Assembly (NCBI GenBank): GCA_003598065.1
Contig: QZKR01000057.1
Location: forward strand, 7,911-71,910
From: Myxococcales bacterium
Lineage (GTDB): Bacteria > Myxococcota_A > SURF-8
Direction: 5' to 3'
Length of the DNA: 64,000 nucleotides
The notes below the pieces were generated by a model. The model saw only the letters and a list, made by a program, of their open reading frames with translations. It did no database searches and was not told the origin of the DNA. Each line of letters begins with the position of its first letter. Within the stretch, counting starts at the first letter, position 1. Position numbers and translations under genes: made by a program. Shown piece by piece: positions 53,787-61,983 of the stretch.

Positions 53787-55565
53787 ATGCGTCTGGTTCG
53801 CGTCGCGTTGGTCGCGATGCTTCTCGCCTTCGTTGCCGCGCCGGCCTTCGCCGCCGTCTGCCCGAAAAACCCGGCCATCGGCAGCGAGTGTACGTTCAAC
53901 GGCTGGGATTTCACGCTGATCGATCCCGTCGAGATCCCGCTTGTCGCCACCTGCCGGGCGAAGAGCGAGCATCTGTACGTCTTCGTCGAGAACTCGCTTT
54001 CCAACGCCATTACCGATCAGCGGTTGGAAACCTTCCTCGATGCGGTGGAGAACGCCGCGCCCAACGGCGAGGGCGGAATTTTCCCGCAAGTCGTCGCCGA
54101 GTTCGGCCCGCCGCCCGACGTTTTCGACGACGATCCCATTCTCTATCTCGTCATCCATCGCATCGACGACACGACGCTTTTTCCCGTTACGGCCTATTTT
54201 CGCGATGTGGACGTGGGCAAGACCGCTTTCAACGAACCCTTGGAAGGCTCCAATCAACACGAAGTCATTTTCCTGCACCATGAAAACCTGGAGAGCGACG
54301 AGCGCCTCTCCGACTTCGCGCGCGTCCTCGTCGATCTCGTTCACTGGCAGTACGACCCCGAGGAGGAGCCGTGGGTGCGGGACGTCGTCGGCCGCCGCGC
54401 GGCGCTGATGACGGGCCTGGAAGCCTACAAGCTCGACATCCCGCGCTTCGCCCAGGACCCCGACTTCCCGCTCGTCGGCAAAAACGACGGCGACCGCATC
54501 ACGCTGGACCACGGCGCTTCGACGCTGTTCGGGATCTACCTCTTCGAGCGGCTCGGCGACGGCTTCGTCAGTTCGTGGATTTATGACGCCCTGCACGGCG
54601 TCGCCGGTTTCGAGCATACGCTGCCGCTTTCCGGCGATACGACGCACACCTTCTGCGACTACCTGCACGACTGGGTGGTGAAGAACGGCGTGAACCGCGG
54701 CGAGTACGCCTACTCCACCTACGAACTGCCGCGCTTCAACATCCCGATCATCCGCCGTCATCCGGGACAATCGAATCCGACGCTCTACGGCTACGCCGGC
54801 TCGTGGGTGGAGATCGACGCCCTGGGCTTCGATCCGGCGAACACGCTGGAAGTGAGCTACCAGATCGCCGACACGACGGGCGTGCGCCTGACGACGGTGA
54901 AATTTCACGCCGAGCGGCCGGCCGAACTGATCGTCGAGGAATTGACCGTCGCCGCCGGCCAGCCGTCGGTATTCGTTTTCGACGACGCGGGCGAAGCCTG
55001 GACGACTCTGACGCTCGTCTCCTCGCGTTGCGCCGATGTCGCCCCGATGGCTTATAGCGTAAAAACGAGCGTGATCGAGCCGTCGCTCGACGGCGATGAG
55101 GATCTGGAGCCGGAGATCGAGGAGGAAGACGGCGACTTCGACGAGGTCGAGCCGGAGCCGGAAGCGGAACCGGAAGGCGAGAGCGACCCCGATTCGACGC
55201 TCTACGGCGCGTTGCGCTGCCCGGACATTCACGCCTGTTACCTCGATTGCAGCAGTCGAGCCTGCCAGCAGGCCTGCATCCAGAACGGCACGCCGCGCGG
55301 CCAGGAGGACTGGGAGAAGTATCAGGCCTGCATCACCGGCCACAACCCCGACGGCAAGGACTGCCTGGCGCTCGACAACGCCGAGGACCGCAAGACCTGC
55401 ATCATCCGCAACTGCCACCTGGAGGAAGAAGCCTGCCGCGTCGAGGAGACGCCGACCGCCGACAACGACGACGTCGGCGGATCGAGCTGCCAGGCGACGG
55501 GCGGGGCCGGCGCGCTGGCCTTGACTTTCTCCTTGCTTGCCTTCGCCCGGAGGCGGCGTGGCTGA
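53787..55565 (+). CDS. Secreted protein, unknown function, with acidic spacer, Cys-rich module and Cys+TM+Arg C-terminal sorting tail
   Basis: 592 aa with a signal peptide ..APAFA-AV. The tail is GGSSCQATGGAGALALTFSLLAFARRRRG. Confidence 0.75.
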   Translation: MRLVRVALVAMLLAFVAAPAFAAVCPKNPAIGSECTFNGWDFTLIDPVEIPLVATCRAKSEHLYVFVENSLSNAITDQRLETFLDAVENAAPNGEGGIFPQVVAEFGPPPDVFDDDPILYLVIHRIDDTTLFPVTAYFRDVDVGKTAFNEPLEGSNQHEVIFLHHENLESDERLSDFARVLVDLVHWQYDPEEEPWVRDVVGRRAALMTGLEAYKLDIPRFAQDPDFPLVGKNDGDRITLDHGASTLFGIYLFERLGDGFVSSWIYDALHGVAGFEHTLPLSGDTTHTFCDYLHDWVVKNGVNRGEYAYSTYELPRFNIPIIRRHPGQSNPTLYGYAGSWVEIDALGFDPANTLEVSYQIADTTGVRLTTVKFHAERPAELIVEELTVAAGQPSVFVFDDAGEAWTTLTLVSSRCADVAPMAYSVKTSVIEPSLDGDEDLEPEIEEEDGDFDEVEPEPEAEPEGESDPDSTLYGALRCPDIHACYLDCSSRACQQACIQNGTPRGQEDWEKYQACITGHNPDGKDCLALDNAEDRKTCIIRNCHLEEEACRVEETPTADNDDVGGSSCQATGGAGALALTFSLLAFARRRRG

Positions 55566-56202
55566 GCAGGCGATCCGCTTCGCGGCCAACCTGCGCCTGG
55601 CCGGAAAGTGGGCGATGCCGGATCCGTGTCGGGGCGTAATCGTCTTTTCGCATCCGCATCCGCTTTACGGCGGCAACAAGGACAACAACGTCGTGCGGCT
55701 CGGCTGCCACGCGCTCAACGCTCTCGGCTGGGCCACCCTGCGCTACGATTTTCGCGGCGCGGGGCAATCGACGGGCGAACACGACGGCGGCGTCGGTGAG
55801 CAGGACGACCTGTTGCAGGCGATTCTGGAGGCGCGCCAGCGCGGCGCCGCCGCCTTGCCGCTCTTCCTTGTCGGCTACAGTTTCGGCTCGTATGTCACCT
55901 GGGCGGCGCTGGATCGCGTGGAAAACGTCGCCGGCGTCGCGCTGATCTCGCCGCCTTTCGGCTTCGCCGAGATCGCCTACGCGCCGCGCCCGACGCTGAC
56001 GTTTCCCGTGCTCGCCATCGCCGGCGAACGGGACGATTTCTGCCCCGCGACGATGTTCCGCGATGCGGCGCCGAAGCTCGCGCCGCAGATCGCGGTCGAG
56101 GTCGTGCCGGGAGTCGATCATTTCTGGATGGGACGGGAGAAGGAACTGGCGGGGAAGCTGGGAGAATGGTTGCGTGAAAAATCCCCGATCCAAACCGCAT
56201 AA
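55558..56202 (+). CDS. Alpha/beta-fold hydrolase (COG2945-like)
   Basis: ORF 55537-56202 (TTG). GTG 55558 follows GGAGG and overlaps the previous stop. Motifs are HPHPLYGG and the nucleophile elbow VGYSFGS. Confidence 0.7.
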   Translation: MAEQAIRFAANLRLAGKWAMPDPCRGVIVFSHPHPLYGGNKDNNVVRLGCHALNALGWATLRYDFRGAGQSTGEHDGGVGEQDDLLQAILEARQRGAAALPLFLVGYSFGSYVTWAALDRVENVAGVALISPPFGFAEIAYAPRPTLTFPVLAIAGERDDFCPATMFRDAAPKLAPQIAVEVVPGVDHFWMGREKELAGKLGEWLREKSPIQTA

Positions 56203-56243
56203 CCTCGCGTCGGTGACATCTTCCAGCAAAAAGGAATTGGCTC

Positions 56244-58448
56244 ATGGACCGTAAGCTGCTTGTCGTTTTCGGGATTGTCTGTGCCTTGTCGTTGGCCGCC
56301 TGCGGCGCCGGCGGGACAAAGCCGCCGGCCGACGGCGACGTCGTTGCGGACGGGGACGGGGACGAAGAAATGGAAACGGCGTCCGACGGCGATGCGGAGC
56401 CGGATCGGGAGGCGGAAGCCGAAGAATCGGAACCGGTCTTCAATCCCGAAGCGGCGGCGGCGGGGTTCAAGCTCTACTACCGCGAACGGGTCGATCGGGT
56501 CGTCACGGCCTTCAACCGCTACCAGCTTTTCGGCGACGCCGCGTTCGGCGTGACGATCGGCAAGGCGGGGGTGGCGATCTCCGGAGAAGAGATCGAGATC
56601 GTGCCGGGTCCGAACGACAACAACATGATCGGCCTTTCCGCCTGGAACGCCTGGCAGGCGTACAAAATCTTTCACTCGCGGGCGCTGGCGCTCTCGCTGG
56701 TGCGGATGTTCAACGGCCTGGCCTTCCTGGAAGGCGTCAGCGGCCATCCCGGCCTGACGGCGCGCAACGCTTATCCCGGCTGGACGCTGGCTATTGACGG
56801 CCGCTCGGGCGACGTGTCGCGCACGGTGGACGGCACAGTGATTACGCCGCCGGTCGATTACGCTCCGTCGCTTGAAGCAGAGATCATCGCCGCGTTTTTC
56901 GGCGGCGGCCGTTTCACCTATCGCGAGAACCCCGCCGACTTCATGTTCGACTACATGCCGGCCGTCGAAGTCGGCCCCTACGCGACGACGTACAGTTTCA
57001 GCATGTTGCCGCGCTACATCCGGGTGAGCGACTGCTGCACCTCGCTGATGCGCACGCCCGCGCCGTATGAGTGGGAAGGCGCGTTCTGGAGCAACCACAA
57101 CTCACGCGACAATTTCCCCGATCTGGCCATCGGCTACCTGGCGGCCCTGGCGGCGAAATCCGACCCCGACGCCGCGCCGGAGGTGCGCGAAGCCGCCGAG
57201 CGGGCCTGGGCCTCGGGCCGGCGCGTCGGCGATTCGATCCAGACGCACGAAGGCAGGCTGATGACGGTGGACGAGCATAACCCCTACGATACGCTGGTGG
57301 TGGCCGGGGCGGTGCGTCCCGACGGCGAGACGGAGAGCGAAGACCTGGGCAGCCTGTCCAGTTGCCAGGATGCCTTTCTGGGCCGGGCGCTTTCCAGCGA
57401 CGGTCTCGGCCTGCCGCCGCCCGGCCTGCCGCTGCCGGGCTCGATCGAATTCCTCATGGAGGGGCTTTTCGACGAGTGCCACGCCTCCGAATCCGTCCGC
57501 CTCTGCCGCCGGCTGCAAGAAGCGTATTGCGGTTACGATTGGGACGAGATGACCGAGCTCCACCTCTTCGGCCATAAATGGCTGGAGTACATCGGCGAGA
57601 TGGAAGAGAACTCGCCGGGCACGGCCGAGAAGCTGATCGGCTCCTTCCAGGACGACTATTACGAGGTCAGCCTGGCCTCGGTGGCCCTGGCCGATTACGC
57701 CGAGACCGTCGGCGACCGCGAACTGGCCGCGCAGGCCCGGGGCGTCGTCGGGGACATGACGGAGCTGATGCGGATTTTCGCCGATCTCATTTATTCGCAA
57801 ACCGCTCCGGAACGACAGGTGTCGCGCCGCTACGAGGCGGCGCTGTTCGACGCCATGGCCGGCCGCGCGCCGATCGCCGCAGACCTCAACGGCTTCGCCC
57901 GCGCCGAGGCGCAGATGGCCAGCCTGGAATCGCTCTTGACCTTGGGCGACAGCGCCCCCGCGCCGCTGCTGACCGACGAGGAAATTTTGAGCCAGTCGGA
58001 AGCCTACCTTTCCAGCCGCAGCGATTCGGTCAAGGCGCGCTATCGGGAAGCCTACGGCGAGACGCCGCCCTTGCGCGTCGCGGGGGAGGGATACGAGGCC
58101 CGCTATTTCCATCCGGATGAAGAAATGCAATGGCGGCCGGTGGGGCGTCCGCAGCACCATTTCGTTCACGGCCAGCGCTTGCTGGAGGCGGTTTCCTTCT
58201 GTACGCGGGCGACCTCGTGGCTCGACTGTTCCTGGGCCGCGCTGGGCTGCGCCCGTCCCGATCTGGACGGCGGCAGGGCCGTGGACGAGGCGGACGAAGC
58301 GCTGTTCGCGGCGGCTCAGGGAACCCACGGCCAGGCGGTTTGCAGAGAGGACAACCGCTGGTGCGACGGCGCGGACCTCGACCATAGCGGCGCAAGCGAC
58401 GAAACCGACGCGGCCTTCATGGCCGCCGCCGTCGGTTGCTGGTATTAG
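56244..58448 (+). CDS. Lipoprotein of unknown function with DGD linker and dockerin-like C-terminal duplicated Ca-binding loops
   Basis: 734 aa. Lipobox LSLAAC. The linker is ADGDVVADGDGDEEMETASDGDAEPD. The C-terminal loops are DLDGGRAVDEADEALF and DLDHSGASDETDAAFM. Confidence 0.75.
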   Translation: MDRKLLVVFGIVCALSLAACGAGGTKPPADGDVVADGDGDEEMETASDGDAEPDREAEAEESEPVFNPEAAAAGFKLYYRERVDRVVTAFNRYQLFGDAAFGVTIGKAGVAISGEEIEIVPGPNDNNMIGLSAWNAWQAYKIFHSRALALSLVRMFNGLAFLEGVSGHPGLTARNAYPGWTLAIDGRSGDVSRTVDGTVITPPVDYAPSLEAEIIAAFFGGGRFTYRENPADFMFDYMPAVEVGPYATTYSFSMLPRYIRVSDCCTSLMRTPAPYEWEGAFWSNHNSRDNFPDLAIGYLAALAAKSDPDAAPEVREAAERAWASGRRVGDSIQTHEGRLMTVDEHNPYDTLVVAGAVRPDGETESEDLGSLSSCQDAFLGRALSSDGLGLPPPGLPLPGSIEFLMEGLFDECHASESVRLCRRLQEAYCGYDWDEMTELHLFGHKWLEYIGEMEENSPGTAEKLIGSFQDDYYEVSLASVALADYAETVGDRELAAQARGVVGDMTELMRIFADLIYSQTAPERQVSRRYEAALFDAMAGRAPIAADLNGFARAEAQMASLESLLTLGDSAPAPLLTDEEILSQSEAYLSSRSDSVKARYREAYGETPPLRVAGEGYEARYFHPDEEMQWRPVGRPQHHFVHGQRLLEAVSFCTRATSWLDCSWAALGCARPDLDGGRAVDEADEALFAAAQGTHGQAVCREDNRWCDGADLDHSGASDETDAAFMAAAVGCWY

Positions 58449-58478
58449 AATATCACCTAACCAGCATTGTAAGCAGAG

Positions 58479-58582
58479 CCGTTCGTGGTGAGTGATTCGC
58501 TGTAGGCGAATCGTATCGAACCACGAATCGTTCATCCCTCGATACGTCGCCCAGAGGCGACTACTCGGGACGAACGGTTTTT
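58479..58582 (+). terminator. About 100-nt multi-stem structured element ending in T5 (complex terminator or small RNA) between convergent genes
   Basis: The outer stem is CCGTTCGT (58479-86) with ACGAACGG (58570-77), followed by TTTTT. Inner stems are TTCGTGGT/ACCACGAA, GATTCGC-tgtag-GCGAATC and GTCGCC-caga-GGCGAC. CGTATCG/CGATACG form an alternative pair. Confidence 0.5.
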
Positions 58583-58617
58583 AGTAATGAGCGTTTCAAA
58601 TAGCAGATACCCCAAAA

Positions 58618-59784
58618 TCAGTTTGCTGGTTGTATGGCGTTAAAATTTATTCCCGCCGCCGGCGGCATCCGTCGGGCGATGTCCACCAGGAGCGCTCGCC
58701 ACTCATCGCCTGACAAACAGCCCCGGCTCGCGCCCATCCGTACGACGATCAACCGTTTGGGGCGGTTCACGTAAAGGTATTGGCCCAGGTGGCCGATGGC
58801 GAGAAAGTCCGAACCGTCGGGCGACTGCAGCCACCATTGAAACTGATAATCCCAGGCGCCGCCGTCGGCCGTGTCGATGCGCGTCGATTCCTCCACGTAA
58901 TCGCGCGGGATCAGTTGCTTGCCGTTCCACTCGCCATTGTTGAGATAGAGCCTGCCGAACTTGGCCGCGTCGCGCGCCGTCAACGCCAGACAGCAGAAGG
59001 TTTTCTCGATGCCATCGGGCTCGCGATCCACGCACCACGCGGCGTCGTGCTCCATGCCCAGCGGTTCCCAAAGCCGTTCCTGCATGTAAGCCGTGATCGT
59101 CTGCGGAGCGAGGGCGCGCTTGAGCACGAGTCCTAAAAGCTGCGCCTCGCCGCTCTTGTAGCGGAATTCCTGGCCGGGGGGCTTGGCGAGCGTCAGCCGC
59201 AAAAGCCGCTCTTCCAGATCCTCGCCATAGTAGTAGTGCGGGTGCATGCCGAAGGGATTGTCGGACTCGACGTAATCCATTCCCGAAGTCATCTGCAAGA
59301 GATGTCGCAGCGTCACCGCCTCGAAACCGGCGGGCTTCAGTTCCGGTACGTAATCCGTCACCGGCTGATCGAGCGAACGGAGACGCCCGTCGGCCAGCGC
59401 CGCGCCGATAAGGATGGAAGTGAACGACTTGGTCATCGAGAAGGCCAGCGACAACGCCTTGGCGCCGTGCCCGTTGTAGTAGCGCTCGGCCGCCAGCACG
59501 TCGTCCTGGATCAAGAGGAAGGCGAGCGTGTCGTTGTCGGCCAGCAGATGATCGAGATGTTCCTCCGTCCCATCGGGCAGAGTCGCTCGCTCGGGCGCGC
59601 CGCGGCCGTCGTTGGGCAGAAAGCGAAACGGCGCGGCGCTCGCGCGCAGGGGGCGGGTGGGGAAGATGCGGAAGTCATCGACGTTCGACGGGCCGTATTT
59701 CAGAATCCGGCCGAAGGTGCAGGAGGCGGCGGCGATCGCCGCCAACGCCGCGATAAGCCAGATTGTCCGCGTCCATCGTCGCAT
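58618..59784 (-). CDS. Serine hydrolase, beta-lactamase (class C/esterase) family
   Basis: 388 aa with a signal/anchor segment. The S-x-x-K motif is FSMTKSF. Confidence 0.8.
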   Translation of the reverse strand: MRRWTRTIWLIAALAAIAAASCTFGRILKYGPSNVDDFRIFPTRPLRASAAPFRFLPNDGRGAPERATLPDGTEEHLDHLLADNDTLAFLLIQDDVLAAERYYNGHGAKALSLAFSMTKSFTSILIGAALADGRLRSLDQPVTDYVPELKPAGFEAVTLRHLLQMTSGMDYVESDNPFGMHPHYYYGEDLEERLLRLTLAKPPGQEFRYKSGEAQLLGLVLKRALAPQTITAYMQERLWEPLGMEHDAAWCVDREPDGIEKTFCCLALTARDAAKFGRLYLNNGEWNGKQLIPRDYVEESTRIDTADGGAWDYQFQWWLQSPDGSDFLAIGHLGQYLYVNRPKRLIVVRMGASRGCLSGDEWRALLVDIARRMPPAAGINFNAIQPAN

Positions 59785-59806
59785 CCGGAAAATCCTGCCC
59801 GTTCTC

Positions 59807-60274
59807 CTATCCGTGGTGGTACGGTTCGCCTTTGAGGATCGTCAAGATGCGGTAAAGCTGCTCGGCGAAAATCAAGCGTACAAGGTCGTGGGGGAAAGTC
59901 AGAGGCGAGAGCGACAGCGCCAGCTCGGCGCGGCGCAGGACATCCTCGCCGTGACCGTAAGCTCCGCCGACAGCGAAGACGATATGGGCCGTTCCGGCGT
60001 TCATCCGCCCTTGCAGCCAGGCGGCGAAAGCTTCGGTCGCAAGCGATTTTCCCTTGCCGTCGAGAGCGACGAGCGTCGCGCCGTGCGGCAGCGCGGCGAG
60101 CAGTCGCTCCGCTTCCCGCCGCTTCTGCTCGGCCTCCGGCAGCGGGCCTTTGACGTCGGGGAGTTCCAGGCGTTCGTAAGGCAGATAGCGAACGAGGCGC
60201 TTTTCGTAGTGGGCGAGGCCGTCGGCGACGAACGGCGTTTTCGTTTTTCCGATGGCGGCGAGCCAGAGCTTCAC
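59807..60274 (-). CDS. rlmH: 23S rRNA (pseudouridine1915-N3)-methyltransferase
   Basis: ORF 59807-60454 trimmed to GTG 60272-60274, which overlaps the rsfS stop (GTGA). The 155-aa SPOUT protein ends LKGEPYHHG. Confidence 0.85.
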   Translation of the reverse strand: MKLWLAAIGKTKTPFVADGLAHYEKRLVRYLPYERLELPDVKGPLPEAEQKRREAERLLAALPHGATLVALDGKGKSLATEAFAAWLQGRMNAGTAHIVFAVGGAYGHGEDVLRRAELALSLSPLTFPHDLVRLIFAEQLYRILTILKGEPYHHG

Positions 60275-60732
60275 GATTCGCGCTCGGCGCCCGCCGCGAG
60301 CTTGCGGCTCGCCTTCGCGCGCGTCCGCGGCTTGAGCAGCGCCGGCGCGTCGAAGGCGGGGCAGTCGGCCCAGAGTCCTTCCAGGTCGTAGAAGTCGCGC
60401 AGCGGCTCGTAGAAAATATGGACGACGAGCGAGCCGTAATCCATAAGGATCCACTGCGCCAGCGCCTCGCCCTCGACGCCGATGGGCCGGGAGCCGAGCT
60501 TGCGCAGCGCCTCGGCGATCGCCTCGTGGATCGCCTTGACGTGCCGGTCGCTCGTGCCGTGGCAGATCATCAGGTAGTCGGCGAAGGTCTGACGCTCGGC
60601 GAGGTCGATCAGCACGAGGCGTTCCGCCTTCTTGGCGTCGGCGGCCTTGAGCGCGGCCAGCACCTTGGCTTTTTCTTCTTTCAGGAGTTTAGGCGTCTCG
60701 GACCGGGAAGGCTGCTCGGTCGATGTCGTCAT
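60271..60732 (-). CDS. rsfS: Ribosome silencing factor RsfS
   Basis: 153 aa with the segment FADYLMICHGTSDRHVKAIHEAI..WILMDYGSLVVHIF. Confidence 0.9.
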   Translation of the reverse strand: MTTSTEQPSRSETPKLLKEEKAKVLAALKAADAKKAERLVLIDLAERQTFADYLMICHGTSDRHVKAIHEAIAEALRKLGSRPIGVEGEALAQWILMDYGSLVVHIFYEPLRDFYDLEGLWADCPAFDAPALLKPRTRAKASRKLAAGAERES

Positions 60733-61889
60733 GGTTGCGGGTTCTCCGTGGGGGGGTCTTCGGCCTGCGGATCTTCGGCCTGCGGGTCTTCCGCTTGCTG
60801 GCGGGCTTTTCGGCGTTCCGCCTCCGCCTTGTCGCGGGCTTCCAGTTCGGGATTTTTCGTCGATCCCTCCGGCAAAAGCGGCGATACGCTCTCCGGCGGC
60901 CGGTCGCGCAGGGCCGGTTTGCGGTGCGACGGTTCCTTGATTTCGATCGGTTGGCCGATGTCCTTGATCGCGTAGGCGGCGTCCATTACGAACGCAACCT
61001 CGCGGACGAGCTCGACGTCCTGCTCCCCGTCGCCGTCGCCCTGCATCTTTTTCAGCTTTTCCTCGGAAACGGGTACGATGTAACGGCCGTGGAGCTTGTA
61101 GGCGAGGATGGTCGCGCTTTGCGAATCGACGATCAGGTAGCCTTCGGCCTCCTCGAAGCGGCTGACGCGCTTGCGGTTTTTGTTGAGCATCTTGTCCACG
61201 GCGATGGCCGAGATCGCGTACTGGTCGGGGTAGTTGTAGTTCGTCTCCAGATCGTCCTGGGGCGTTTTGCCGTTCGGATCCAGGGCGAAGGTCAGCTTCA
61301 AGGCCTGGCGGCCTTCGTAGGTTTCCGGCGTGGGCAGGTGGAAGGTCAGATGCCCACGGAAATATTTGTAAAAGCGGTCGAGCGTTCCCGACACCTTTTC
61401 GCGCCAGAAGAGATGCTTGCCGCCGGAGGTGGCCTCGCGGAACGACGACTCGCCCATGCGCTCGAAGAGCTTGCCGCCCACCCAGAAGAGTTCGAAGGTG
61501 CGCGCCTTGTCGTTGGAGACCTGCAGGTGAAAGTCGCCGTTGACCGCCTGCTTCATCTCCTCCTTCTCGGTGAGCGTCACCGATTTGCCGGGCCGCTCGG
61601 TGACGTAGCTCACTTGCGCTTCGAAACGGTAGGGTTTGAGCCGCTCGGCCGTTTCCTCCTGGGTCATCAGCAGAACTTTTTCAAGCTCCTTGACGTCGGC
61701 GGGGATTTTGGCGAGGTCGATCGGCGTCAAGGCCACCTTGCGCGTTTCCACCTCCTCGGCCACGTCTTTCTTGTCGAGCACGCGCTGTTTGGCGGTCTCG
61801 CTGTCCTCCTTGCTGCAGGCGGACAAGGCCCAGAGCGCGCCTATGCCCGCCAAAAGCAGAATCGTTCGCACCGTCCACCTCACGCGCAT
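60729..61889 (-). CDS. Lipoprotein of unknown function with C-terminal EDPQA repeats
   Basis: 386 aa. AAGGAGG lies before the ATG. Lipobox ALSAC. The stop overlaps the rsfS start (ATGA). Confidence 0.75.
   Translation of the reverse strand: MRVRWTVRTILLLAGIGALWALSACSKEDSETAKQRVLDKKDVAEEVETRKVALTPIDLAKIPADVKELEKVLLMTQEETAERLKPYRFEAQVSYVTERPGKSVTLTEKEEMKQAVNGDFHLQVSNDKARTFELFWVGGKLFERMGESSFREATSGGKHLFWREKVSGTLDRFYKYFRGHLTFHLPTPETYEGRQALKLTFALDPNGKTPQDDLETNYNYPDQYAISAIAVDKMLNKNRKRVSRFEEAEGYLIVDSQSATILAYKLHGRYIVPVSEEKLKKMQGDGDGEQDVELVREVAFVMDAAYAIKDIGQPIEIKEPSHRKPALRDRPPESVSPLLPEGSTKNPELEARDKAEAERRKARQQAEDPQAEDPQAEDPPTENPQP
60756..60800 (-). repeat. Three tandem 15-nt units coding (A)EDPQ repeats
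   Basis: gtcttcggcctgcgg / atcttcggcctgcgg / gtcttccgcttgctg, read directly. Confidence 0.8.
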
Positions 61890-61983
61890 CGATATACATC
61901 CTCCTTTAGCGAACCGCCTCGCCTGCCGCGGCCCGTTATCGTCCCCCGCGCCCTTCGCGTCAAGGAAAATCGCCCCCTCGCTG

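Noticed and set aside
58479-58582. tRNA or tRNA-like gene suggested by the outer acceptor-like stem
   Set aside because: The element is about 100 nt long. It has no T-loop (GTTCGAATC-like) or D-loop consensus, and the stem lengths and spacing do not fit a cloverleaf.
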